Of a DNA stretch of 64,000 nt, positions 28,180 to 41,455 are shown in pieces (the first letter of the stretch is position 1; each line of letters begins with the position of its first letter). The DNA is from Octopus vulgaris. Taxonomy: Eukaryota. Under the pieces are notes generated by a model. It saw nothing but the letters and a program-made list of their open reading frames with translations. It had not been told where the DNA came from and ran no database searches. The position numbers were made by a program, and so were the translations under genes. The stretch spans positions 45,694,001 to 45,758,000 of the forward strand of contig OX597823.1 of assembly GCA_951406725.2 (NCBI GenBank). Reading direction: 5' to 3'.

Positions 28180-28287
28180 TAGACGTGCGCACTTACGTAT
28201 GTATAATGATACTTACATTTATATATTCATATATACGTATACACATAGGTACATGTATATATATGTATATATATATATATGTACGTG

Positions 28288-28322
<35 letters not shown>

Positions 28323-28612
28323 GTATGTACGTGTATATATGTATATATATATATCTACATATATGTATATATGTATGTATATATTATACATACACACACA
28401 TATATATATATATATGAATATCTACATATATGTATCTTTACCTATATTTACACACACACTCACATACATAAATGTATATATGCATATACGTATATACAAA
28501 TACGTATATATACATTTATGTATATATGCATATATACGTATATGTACACATGCATATTTGCATATATATGCTTATATGTATATATACATATATGTGTGTA
28601 TATATATATGTT

Positions 28613-28653
<41 letters not shown>

Positions 28654-28740
28654 GCTCATAAGTATGTATACATATATGTATGTATGTACGAATCTCTATA
28701 TATATATTATACACGCACGCATACATATGTACAAACAAAC
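28180..28740. repeat. long degenerate (TA)/(CA)/(TG) microsatellite
   Basis: Directly visible; source of spurious YI-rich ORFs. Confidence 0.95.
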
Positions 28741-30398
28741 TCACATGAATATAGATTGAGAGATCGATTGATAAAACAGTGAGAGGGAGGGTGAAATAGA
28801 ATGAGAGATACAAAATAATGAATTAAGAAGTGATGATAAACTGAGACAAACCGACAAAGTTTTTATATAGAATAAAGCGTGGAATTAATTCATCCAACCT
28901 GAAGTCAGTTTTAAGAATTATTGAATCAATCATTCCAAAATAAAATCAAGGACTATAATTATATTGACAGCGAAATTTAATATTTCGATAATGGTGTTGG
29001 AATGTAATATTGCTTCTGGGATTTTATGTCATGCAAGAAATATTTTCAAATCGGTGTAGTTTTATCTGATATTTCAATTCGTCTCTTCAGAGATTCTCTG
29101 GTCATCTGTTTAGAATTCTTTATTTCTTTCTAACATTCGTTTGTCTTTCTTTCTCTCCATAGATAAATTGTTTTCATTTTATGCCCCAAATTCTGATTTA
29201 ATGTCTTGTTATGGCTGTTTGCAACATTTACATATTTTGTTTAGAATACATAAATCTATTCAATAATTTTACTTTAGGAATTTATTACTTTCATTTAAAA
29301 AATATGAGAAGTAAAAGCTCTAGGAACTTATATTGAAAGTTTTCGAATACTTCTGAGTTCCGTTTAGTATTGTGTAACTCATTCAATACTCAATGTTGTG
29401 AAGATTATCTACAAGTTATGTGGAACTTCACTCTTTTACTATAAGAATAAAAACCATATGTTCGATACTAAATAATATTGACAATTATCGGTATAAAAGC
29501 TTATCACTAAATGATAAAAATAAAAAACAAAATAAACATTTTTAAGGAATCAATTAATCGCTAAATTACCATTATCAAAACATGAATGTATACATATTTA
29601 CATAATTTCGAATTTTAAAAATCTACAATTGTTTTGTATCTTCAAGGAATTATGAGAAGTTTTAGGAAAAGATATTTTCAATGTCAAAGAAAGATTTTTC
29701 TAAAGGTTAGTTACTTTCCTAGAAACAGTCTGTCGATGACAGGGTTGTTAATATGAGAATATGTAAAAAAAGGCTATTACAACATCTATGTATAATATAT
29801 TTGTAATTGCTATATTCTGTTGCTATCAATGCAAGGATGAAATGGCAATTATAAGAAAAATTATATTATCACTTTCGATTAGGCAAGTTAGAAAGAAAGG
29901 AAGTCTTTTATTTAGAATAAGTCTATGTACATATCGTTGCTATTATGCAAAAGTGCCGTAAATTCAAAACGTTGCTTTTTCAGGAAACGAAAAAATAGTT
30001 TCACCATACCATTTCTTTTTACATTAGCAACAGTTTCAGCTTAACAATAAAACTTTGTTGGGTGCATAAAATCGTAACTACATGCATGTATGATATATAT
30101 TTTCAGCCACAAATATTTTTTGCAAAACTGTCGTATGTTGGACTTGCTACACTTTTGAAAAATGCTAAACCGTTGCACTATACTTAAACAGTTTTCATAT
30201 CTCGGCATCTGAAGCAGCTGGAGATACAGATACAATAGTTTGACCAAAAGAACTGGCTATTCCAAGGAAAATTAAATATTGTAAAAAAAAAACGCATTGG
30301 CCAAATTTGGACATACGACAGTTTAACATTATAGCAACGATATGTATAAATGAATATATTTATACATGTATATACATATATACATTATATATATATAC

Positions 30399-30464
<66 letters not shown>

Positions 30465-30488
30465 ATATATAGATGTATATATATAAAA

Positions 30489-30620
30489 CAATTATGTAAA
30501 AGCATTATTACCGTTAAAAACAGTAATAATGAGGTGGTTAGCAAGACTTTTACCTTAATAGGTATAATAAACCGCCTCATTATTACTGCTTTTAACGGTA
30601 ATAATGTTTTTATATAGTTG
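30489..30620. repeat. fold-back element, 51-bp arms
   Basis: 30489-30539 matches the reverse complement of 30570-30620 at 46/51. Confidence 0.85.
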
Positions 30621-30921
30621 CTTTTTTATTGTTTATGATAGTCTTCTCTTTAAACGGAGCGGGACGTTTAAAGTTCAAAACGCACACGAGTTGACGTAGT
30701 AAATATTTTAGAAATAGATGTTACTATCTCCAACTGAAGATTGCAAAGCATGTTTCCTCATGCACAGCATGAAATCAATTGAAATTGGGGTATATAAACT
30801 ATCTTCAAATTCCATCCTAAAGGTAGACCTATTTTTTAAGGTGTTAACTGCATTACTCGCATGTGTATTTAATGTAGGATTGGTGGTTTTACAAGCTTTC
30901 GCTTTGATCTTTGGCAAGCGA

Positions 30922-30991
<70 letters not shown>

Positions 30992-31099
30992 CGTGCATGT
31001 GCATGTGTATATGTGTATAGATATATGTATATATATATATATATATATACATATGTATACTCTTTTGCTCATTTACGTGTTTCAGTCATTTGACTGTGG

Positions 31100-31504
31100 C
31101 CATGGTTGCAGAACTGTTACCGGAGGGTAATGTAATCTTTCAGGATTATAATGCACCAATTCACACAGCTAAAGATGTTATTGAGTGGCGCGAGGAACAT
31201 TCTAGTGAAATTGAACATCTTATCTGGCCACCACAGTCCTCACATCTTAATATTATGGAACATTTATGGTGAATTTTAGAAAAACAAGTAAGGAGTCGAT
31301 ATCCTCCACCATCATCTCTACAAGAACTGGAGACTGTTTTAGCTGAAGAATGGACTAAAATTCCATTGGAAACAATTCAAACTTTGTACGAGTCCATACC
31401 TCATAGAATTCAAACTGTATTTACTGCCAAAGACGGTCCTACTCCATATTAAAATATATTTGTTTGAGATTGTATGGTGTTTCCATTATTTTATTCAACC
31501 TCTG
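31100..31504 (+). mobile_element. Tc1 (DD34E) transposon 3' fragment
   Basis: VIFQDYNAPIHTA..WPPQSSHLNIMEHLW*ILEKQVRSRYPPPSSLQELETVLAEEWTKIP..SIPHRIQTVFTAKDGPTPY*; ends in TIR-like ..TTTTATTCAACCTCTG. Confidence 0.9.
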
Positions 31505-32076
31505 CATATGTGTGTATACATACATACATACATACACATACATACGAATGTATATATATATATATATGTATATGCGTGTGTATGTTTGTATATATATATA
31601 TATATGTATTTATGTGTATATATGTATAGATATGTACATGTATGGATGGATGTATGCGTATATGTGTGTGTACAGTATATGTGTGGTTAACAGGCATGTA
31701 AGTATATTATTATGTGTATGTGTGAACATGTATACATATATATGTGTATGTATATACATATATATATGTGTGTGTCTATGTTTGTGTTTGTATAGATATG
31801 TATACCATACCACCTGTGAGAACTGAATAGGTGACTTCAAATCAATAGGCTCCACACAGGTCATCTTTTGACATGAACACAATATTGACCACTCCAAAAT
31901 ATTCTATTTCTTTATTCTTGATGGACTTATCTTTCCTCTTTACTGTTATCAATTACTATTAGTCTTATCTTTATTCTTATCTTTAATTTCATTTATTTTT
32001 ATTTTTATTGATTTCATTTACTTTTCTTGTTGTTGTTGATCTCTTCTTCTTCACACAGGCTTTTGTATTATATATA

Positions 32077-32118
<42 letters not shown>

Positions 32119-32140
32119 TATATATATATATATATAAAGT

Positions 32141-32336
32141 TAATCCAAACAAGAAAACACAAAAAACACAACAACGCGAGGACGTGGAACAAATATAGTA
32201 TTATTGGACGCGCAGGAAAGAAGGGAAGAAGGAGGGCTTAACGTTTCGAGCGGGGCTCTTCGTCGGAAACATAGGAGAAGGAAAGATCCCGAGAAGGGAA
32301 GACAGAGGAAAAAAATCGCCAACGGTACACACGAGG

Positions 32337-32340
<4 letters not shown>
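32141..32340 (-). mobile_element. 200-bp microsatellite-embedded element with minimal hammerhead-like motif (Penelope pseudo-LTR-like), copy 1
   Basis: Close second copy at 41242-41455 with the same ends; minus strand gttt CCGACGA a GAGC ccc GCTC GAAA cg TT aagc at 32236-32270. Confidence 0.7.
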
Positions 32341-32395
<55 letters not shown>

Positions 32396-32419
32396 ATATA
32401 TATACACACTTATTTTGTT

Positions 32420-32752
32420 CATTTATTTGTTTCAGTGATTTGACTGCGGACATGCTAGTGCACTGCCTTTAGTCGGGCAAATCGACCCCAGGACTTGTTC
32501 TTTGTAAGTCTAGTACTTATTCTATCGGCCTCTTTTGCCGAACTGCTAAGATACGGGGACGTAAACACACCAACATCGGTTGTCAAGCGATGGTAGGGAG
32601 GACAAACATATACACACATACACATACATATATATTTATATATATACGACGGGTTTCTTTCAGTTTCCGTCTACCAAAATCACTCACAAGGCTTTGGTCG
32701 GCCCGAGTTGTGACGCAGTGGAACTGAATCCGGAACCATGCTACTTACCACA
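32420..32752 (-). mobile_element. SINE family 1 with deletions in the head
   Basis: Colinear with the 23371 copy. Confidence 0.88.
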
Positions 32753-32865
32753 CCTATATATATAATTTTTTATATTTTCCCCGTTTTAACTTATATTTCT
32801 TTGAATGTATACCTGTAAGAAAAAAATCTTTTGCTATTTAAGCAATCAGTAAAACATACATTTCT

Positions 32866-32912
32866 CAGTTTGAAAACGGCTACTTGAAGCTCGAAACTCA
32901 TCCGAGTAACTC
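32866..32912 (+). ncRNA. type I hammerhead-like motif with U3-A8 variant core
   Basis: cagt TTGAAAA cggct acttga agctc GAAA ctc atcc gag TA act: stem III CTC/GAG, GUA triplet, stem I AGT/ACT, stem II of 4 bp with a C-C at the base. Confidence 0.5.
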
Positions 32913-33074
32913 ACTGTAAACATTATTTTTAAGATTAAAATAATAATTTTCCCTACCAATAGCCATCCCTTCTCATTTTTTCAAACATACACACACATAT
33001 GTATATATCTATATTTCTATATACACAATATGATATAATATATACGTATATAAATATTTATATATATATATATA

Positions 33075-33150
33075 TAAATTTCGATTCGACAGTGCAAAGA
33101 CTAGCAGCTATTTGAATTACTGAAACAATTAACATCAGGATAAATATGTC

Positions 33151-33203
<53 letters not shown>

Positions 33204-33253
33204 CATTGTATATTCAAATAGCTGCTAGTCTTTGAACTGTCAATCGAAATTTA
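33075..33253. mobile_element. fold-back/MITE-like element, ~42-bp inverted ends around a (TA)n-containing spacer
   Basis: TAAATTTCGATT(C)GACAGTGCAAAGACTAGCAGCTATTTGAAT (33075-33117) vs 33212-33253, one mismatch and one indel. Confidence 0.8.
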
Positions 33254-34109
33254 AGATGACATTAAAAAAAATTGAAGTTGCACTAAGACTCACAACTGAG
33301 TTTATGAAACAGGTCTCTCAAATATTTCTACAAAAGAACATGTAAATATTTCACGACTATCAAGAGCCGAGAAAATGATAATCAGTTTTGATTTAGTAAA
33401 AATGATATTAGAGTACCATAGATTTGAAATTGTTAATAAATGAACCAATAGGGGTTACAAATGTAAATCCCATCCCAAGAGCATTCATTTGTGAAATTTA
33501 TTATTGTTTTGTAATTACTTTTAGCATTCTAAAAGGAAGATTTAATATTTGTACTCGTAAAATACATATGAATTTACTGAAATTGTTGAGAGAATATTTC
33601 GTTTCACCAGCGCTTAATGTTGATCACAAACTGGAATGTCTTTCGATACAAACGACAAACGATAACAATCTATTAATTTTTTGGTTTCTATTTTGGGAAT
33701 AAACCCATTCCCCTTAATTCCAGTTTCAACAATGTCTTGGCCACCAGAAGTTTTTATTTTGTACTTTCAAAACTCGTGAAAGTAAGTTAAAATGAAAACT
33801 TCAACCACTTATAATTAAACAGCATTTAAACTTCTAAGTTCAAATTAATTTCTGCTTGAAAACTTTTGGAAACAATCATTTGTTCATAACTCCTTTCATG
33901 CTATTACTTAACTTATGTCAACTTTGATCCAGTTGACGTTTTATGGAGAGTTCCCCCAATCGTGATCCACATTGTGTCACGGACTACTTCCATGATTATC
34001 CAATGTAGCCTTTTCTTCTTTAAGAAACCTGAGTTTGCTTTAAGGGAGAATTGTTTGTTATTTCTTCAGCACGCTAAATGACTGCATAAATTATTCTTTG
34101 TCAGCTTAT

Positions 34110-35103
34110 ATCGAGATGTTTCACAGAAAGGCAAATCCATAAGACACCTATTTTTTAAAATCTTATTTTCAGAGTTATAACATTGGTTGTGGGATTAATG
34201 TTTTTGTTTTTGGTCGGAAAAAGGGTTATAATTTTTGGCATATCAAACATATCAAATATGACAACTGATAAATTTAATGAAGTCGTTGTAAACGAATGAA
34301 AAACATTTATCTCATAAACTTCTGGAACCTTTCCTAGATCACGTAGCATCATTTTTACACATTCTAGAACATTAGTTCTTAGCATGACCTACTGCTTTTT
34401 CTTAACTTAATGTATTTAAAAAGTGGAATACAATTTAATGGCGTAAACTTAGACAGATATATCAATATCAACTATTGATTTTTCAAAGAGATTATATTTA
34501 AATTACCTAAAATATTGCCAGACCAAAGTGATAATAAAAAGTTTGCACCATACATTTAGTTTTAACTTTAATATGTAAAAATATATATCTGAAAGACAAA
34601 CAGAAACTGACTATTCTAATTTCCCTTCTGTACAAAACAGAGAGATAAAAACCCAAAACTGAAAATGGCAAAATCATGCCATGCTCATCAAATGGATTTT
34701 ATTTTCAGAAATACAGTTTTATATTAAAAATGTTTAAAACTTGTTGACTTCCAGCTCTTTGAAATCATAATAAACATTTTTGAACCACATCGCCAAAATA
34801 ATGTTTCTGTTCAGGTTCCACAAAATCTTCTAAACATAAGTAGATTGCTTTGCTTATGTTTTATTTGCTGAATACATTTATTTCGCGTCTATATCAAAAC
34901 AGAACATATACATCATCACAATTTCAGCCGCCTCACATAATGGATGAGTAGATGACTTGAGTTTTGAGGGAACTTGAAAATAGGCAAAGCTGAAGAGCGG
35001 ATTTATGAATAACAGTTGTAGGATCGCATTTTTTCCAATATCTTGTTCTGCTGAAATGTTGCCATATCTTTTACGAACTCGCATCACTTCTTTATATTTG
35101 CAT
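34110..35103 (-). pseudogene. possible decayed CUB-domain-like coding segments
   Basis: Acceptor-like CCCCCGCTTTTAG then CKYKEV..YGNIS..FAYFQVP..LCEAAEIV; after a frameshift RRFCGT*TETLF..SKMFIMISKS..SFK; a further ORF 34155-34385 reads ECV..VPEVYEINVF..SVVIFD..TTNVITLKIRF. By-eye resemblance only; stops present. Confidence 0.35.
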
Positions 35104-37799
35104 CTAAAAGCGGGGGTAAATTATCGTAAATCCGTAACCTCTGACGACTGATCTAAAGAGGAATTGAAAACACGCCCTTTACTTCTGCTAATTTCGTAGT
35201 TTACATTGGGGTATCATGCTAATAATTACTTCACATTCAAACTAAATATGTCCACAAATTTGCAGGAAAATTTAGCAATGAAAAATTTGTATATTTAATA
35301 TAAGTTGAGTATGATGGCTATCTCGTTGAACATTCAGGTACAGTCGAATTACTATAAAAGAAACGTTCTTACAAATTCAACGGGTTTGAAACTTTTCAGT
35401 AGATTGGAATCAAGAGTGATGATATTTATGTGAGAGAAATTAACCTCTTTGGTATCGAAAGCAAGTTATAACATAGGCTCATTTACACTTTTCAAACGAC
35501 TATAAAATAATATATTCATCATTAATGGCTTCCATCGGTCATATGATGTCGGTAAAATATGTCGAAAATCCCTTTTCTTAATTTCACCTTTGAAGTGATA
35601 TTTGAGTTGCTTATTGGAAACTGATGACATGGTTGTAAAACATGTGTCCAATATCCTTTTGAAACATGTGTTGATCAAACAGTAAAGGGAATATGGAATG
35701 CGTTATAACGAAGATTAATGTCAAATCTAATTTTTGATTTATGATATTAATATCTAACAGATAAATCTTATAAATAAAAACTATCATGAAAACTATTTGA
35801 AAGTCACAGTTACTAGATAATAAAGCCTCACAAATGAATGACTCTAAATATTCACCTTTAGATAGATATCCTCGCATATCAAGAAAAAAATTATTTAATT
35901 ACGTGAGATTATTAATCGTATAGTCTAAGTAAAAAGAAAAAAAAAACTGATAAATTTCAGAAAACAGTTTCAAAAAGAAAAACAACCCATCTCAAAACAA
36001 AAACATATATGAAACTAACTTAGTTAAAGTGTTATTCTATTAATTTAGCGATGAAAAAATATAACAAATCTCATTTTCTTGTGCAGAACATAAACTTCAC
36101 TTTATAGTTTTAATTCTAGATTTTTCCTCGTTCATGCAAGCCGGATCGTGACTTAGTCTTTATGAGTAAGTAACGTCCTCAATATATATATATATATATA
36201 TATACATACATATATATATGTATATATATATATATATATATACATACATATATATATGTATATATACACACATATACATACATATCTATCTATCTATATC
36301 TATCTATCTATCTCTCTCTCTATATATATATATTAACACACACATTTATGTATGTAATTCTGGCTTTCATTATATAGGTATACCTGCGCCTATGATACTG
36401 ACCGTTTTTGGATCAATGCGTATCTAGTAGTGGTATATATCTGATTTCCACAGCATGGATAATATGGTATCCATTTTTCTGTTGTTCTCAACGTTTAAGA
36501 AATTTGAACTCATTAATATAACCCTTCGAAAACGATTGGTTCAAACTTATACGTTGGAGCAACCGTGATTCGTAAATTATGACAAGCAGTGATGACACTA
36601 TATAAAAAAAATTCTGGATTAAGAGATTACTTCAGTAATTAATTTAGAACCCAATATCTAATCTGCCACAACTACAAACTCTTCTTTTCATTCGGGAATT
36701 GAAATCCCTACTCTAGGAAGAAAATATTAATTCGAAATTTATCATCCCATCTTTTAAAAACTTACATCCAATCCCGCAAGTTATTATTTGTTCATTCCTT
36801 TATTCTAAAGATCAAAAGTGGGAATAAGGCAGTCTTAAATTCCTTTTACTGCTACTTAATTTGGGTCTGGTGATGGCATTGATGAATATTTAAATCCTGT
36901 ATTGAATGTTTTGCAAAAAAAAAAAAAAGGCTGCTTCACTTTTATGATCCCATTTTTTTATTAAATGTTTATGGGTTAGCCAAAGAAACTCAGTGCCTGT
37001 AACCTTTTGAGACACATTTAGAGTTGTAGAATCGATAAAGTTCATGTTTAATTTGAACATCTGTTGGAGAAACGTGGCCAGAGAGGAAGTGCCAGGGGGT
37101 AAAATTTCTGGGCAGCAATGACTTTGAAAGCTTCCAGTTCTGGGTTTTAAAAGGAAACGACTGAATGACTACGTGAAGTGGATCTGGGCGGAGGAAATAT
37201 GAAACGTTTATTTAAAAGCAGCAAATGTAATTTTATGCAGCAATGAAAGAAGCAGAATGTAGTAATTGTTCTTCTAGAAGAATCGTTGTTTTATGCAGGT
37301 GAATCATTCTTTATTGTGAAGCAGTAATGGCATCCATATCTCTGTCCGTTGGAGAGGATTTGCAGGTAGTTAGGGAAAAAGTATTTCATAGCACTAGAGA
37401 AAAATTTACATCTTTTCATTGCAATTTTTATGATGCTGTATTTACAAGACACCATCACTGGCGATTGTGAAACTCAACATTTGTTGGGATGTTGAAGTTT
37501 TGAGATGTTGAAGCAATGTAACATCTGCTTAGAAGTGTCTTTTGTTATCTAGTGATATCTAGAATGTCGTTAACGTAGAGCAATAAAAATATCGGTAACC
37601 CAACTTGAGATGCGCCAGCGTCATCAGAGTGTGGGTATCTCGTCGGCATACATACGTAATGGTGGTAGATTTCTGATCCAAAGATGGTAGACGAACAAAG
37701 CACATTGACAAACAATGTATGTAGGAGCTTCTCCCACTAGACAAGTTCAAATACTTTCCTAATATAAGACTAACAATGTTACTTCATCAAAGTTCTCAA

Positions 37800-39078
37800 G
37801 AAGTAAAGTGCCGCAAATGGATGACAAAGAGACCTGTTTATTATGAAGGAAGATGCAACGCCATGAAAAGATGGTGGCTAATGCCTTTGAGATATTGACA
37901 ATAAGGGCGATGATAGTGTTGGAGAGGTTCAGCTGCATGGATTCAGAATACACTGTACCATGTTTTTAAAGTTTAGATTAGATTGAAATGTTCTACAAAG
38001 GACAAGCTAGCATCGGGGCACTCTGTTTCAGAATAATGGAAGCAACGTTATCAAGGATGTTTACAAGTTTTTCACTAGTAGAATGTCTACATCAAATCCG
38101 GTAAGGTATCATGACAGTTGCAAATGACGTAAGATTGAAGAAGTCGTACGGAAAGATATGGTCGAATTGCTAGTATCCCACAAGGCAAGTTTAGCTAACA
38201 AGGAGCTGATGCTGTGAGAAAAAAGCAGCCTAAGATTACAGAAATTCAAACAAGCCTACTTAAATTGACTGCAAAAAATATTGCTAAATGATTGGTACTT
38301 ATAGATGAAGATCTATAAACTTTTACTGATAACAATGCTTATCATGAACGTAATATGAAAATTACGAGAGGAGTTTATAATGTGATTAGTTCATATTCTG
38401 AACTGTACAATGGGATGATGTGCCATAATCCTCAAACAATTTTAGATAAGTTCTTCGCCCCTCAAGTAGAAGATGATTAGGAACAATATATTTCTTTATT
38501 GCCCACAAGGGACTAAACATAGAGGGGACAAACAAGACCAGACAAAGGGATTAAGTCGATTAGATCGACCCCAGTGCGTAACTCTGGTACTTTATTTATT
38601 GACCCCGAAAGGATGAAAGGCAAAGTCGACCTCGGCGGAATTTGAACTCAGAACGTAACGGCAGACGAAATATCGCTAAACATTTCATCCGGCGCGCTAA
38701 CGTTTCTGCCAGCTCGCCGCCTTAAATGATTAGGAACAATAAAATAGATGACAGTGTTCTTCATCCTCCCAGTAACTCTCATTCTAATCCTGCTCTTCAC
38801 AAATCAGTAGTCAACATCTTTTGTAGCAAGAACGTACCCTTGTATAATATTATCATTATTATTTATTCCTTAACGCATCTCTCTTTAAACTTTTTATGAA
38901 TACATATTGTACTATGCACGCTTAAAATCATTTTCATGCCTGCTTTTGTTGTTGTTTTTCGTAAATAATCGTTGGAAAGCATGCTCATATTATAACATGA
39001 CAGACAATAGGAAAATTAAGTCTGCGTTACGACCAGATATTTATGAACACGTTACTTCTGTAATGCAGGGTATTCCTG
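37800..39078 (+). mobile_element. decayed pogo/Tigger DNA transposon (interrupted by a SINE)
   Basis: ETCLL*RKMQR (like DETGLFWKKMP), DMVELLVSH..ELM, HERNMKITRGVYNVISSYSELY..QTILDKFF (Tigger C-terminus); 3' end reads TA-CAGGAATACCCTGC on the minus strand, like Tigger TIRs. 5' boundary uncertain. Confidence 0.65.
38489..38725 (-). mobile_element. SINE family 3 (Meta-domain-like), full length, 16-bp TSD
   Basis: Perfect TSD ATGATTAGGAACAATA at 38473-38488 and 38726-38741; head AAGGCGGCGAGCTGGCAGAAACGTTAG, B box GAGTTCAAATTC. Confidence 0.95.
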
Positions 39079-39579
39079 TATTTATATATATTGCTCAGTG
39101 ACCTAAAAGTTATGGCTTGTCAAAGTTGTAATATGTTTTGATTACAAGACTCAAAAACAATTTAAAATATTTATTAAACTTACTGGTTCAATTGAAATTC
39201 ACAATTTAGAATCAAATTATTGCTACCACATACCGCGAAGGAAATTACTCATTTCACTACTTACTGAGACTTCTATTTCTGAGATAACATAATAATAAGA
39301 TTTTTGCTAATAATAACAATAAAAAGAAATAGAAAAAAATAATTATAAGAGGTTGTAAATCAACAACTAGTTTCAGGTCACTACAAATGCTAAGTTTCAC
39401 ACAGCCTGATGATCTATTATTATGATCTGACGTAAATAAAATTGCTAAGTCTATATTCATAGACATGGCTTCGTTTTTGAGGTCATAAAATACTTCTTTC
39501 TTGATCAATTGCTGATCCTCTATACAGCTCGTGTACGATCTATATTAAAGTTTTACATGCATCTTTTATCTTTTCTCTT

Positions 39580-39895
39580 TTTCAACCATTATTCTACGAC
39601 CATGCTGGGGCACAGCTTTGAAGAATTTTTAGTCGAATTTTTTTAAAGTCTGGTTACTTATCCTATCGGTGTCTTTTGCTGAATCATTAAGCTACATGGA
39701 TGTAAACACACCAGCACCGGTTGTCAAGCAGTAGGGTGAGAGTGGGGGTGGGGTGAAAACCGACAGAAAAATACTGTTCGTCTTTCAAATTCACTCAGAA
39801 GGCTGTGGTCGGCCAGAAGCTATGGTACAAGACACTTGTCCAAGATGTCACCGCGTGGTTCGGAAGCAAGCTTCTTACAACACAGCCACGCTTGC
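39580..39895 (-). mobile_element. degenerate SINE family 1
   Basis: CCATGCTGG, GTAAACACACCAGCACCGGTTGTCAAGC, AAGACACTTGTCCAAG and CACAGCCAC. Confidence 0.75.
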
Positions 39896-40499
39896 GTAAT
39901 TTTTTTTCCCACAAGATTTTCGGACCCCAGTAATGAACTTATTTGCATACAGTCAATCAGAGATTGCCTTGAAAATCCACATACTGTGTACTACTACAGT
40001 ACAGCCACTCACGCATAGAATGGTGTATGCCACTCTGTGAGTTCAGCATAGCAGGTCTCACATAAGTACCCCACCATCATCCTAATAGATCAATTGAGCA
40101 TCATCACTATATGGAGCTAACATTATGTACATATGCTCAGACTGAGATTAGTGATACTGCATGTACCCATTGATATATGCTAGGAGGGCGCAATACGACA
40201 CAACGCCAGATTGATTACGATGTTTCCAGATCAACACCATCTTAAATTAGGAATGTACAAAATCAGTCAAAAAATTAGGAAACTACTCTCATTTACATTT
40301 TATAGTAAAATACGCAAATTGGCAATACCTATGACATCACCGGTGAGCAGGTTTCCATTTACTTTATACCCTAAATATCACATTTGCCACCCCTATTAAC
40401 CTGTTTAGAACAGTTAGATTTTGTTATAACGCACGTTGTCCACTGAACTCAACCAGATTATTTTCGTGACTAGGTGGACACCAGTTGGATAGTTGAGCT

Positions 40500-40590
40500 C
40501 TGATTGGCTGTATGCAAATGAGTTCATAACTGAGGTCCGGAACTCTCGTGGGAAAAATTTCGCGCCACGCCTGCGCCTATTATTTATATG
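40500..40590. promoter_or_regulatory. cluster of pol II promoter-type motifs (CCAAT, octamer, E2F/CSL, TATA-like)
   Basis: CTGATTGGCT 40500-40509, ATGCAAAT 40512-40519, CGTGGGAA 40547-40554, TTTCGCGC 40558-40565, TATTTATA 40581-40588. Confidence 0.35.
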
Positions 40591-41035
40591 AACATCATAA
40601 TCCACATGCAAAAGAAGGTCACTTAACTTAAAACCCAACATTTCCTCACTAAATTGTTAAAACTACTGTTATTCAACTATGTTGTCGTTTGTCTTTCCAG
40701 TTATATCCAAGATTGCTCATCTACCATAACAGATCTACCAAAGTCTATCGCTAAATAGTCAGTCCACTCGTAATTTCTCGATCTATTGGTTTAGATATTA
40801 CAAGCTTTCACATCATGTACGCCGATTTGCTGTATATATCTGCATATCTCCTTTTACTTTTATACAGTCAATTTTATGTGCCGTATCAATGATAATTACT
40901 ATACCAACATATTTTTCGGAATCTGTAAGTTTATAAATAATTCTGATGCAAACATCCATGCATGTCTTCATCTATACATACGTGCGTGCGTACGTACATG
41001 CCTGTATGCCTCTATCTATCCATACGTACGTACAT

Positions 41036-41455
<420 letters not shown>

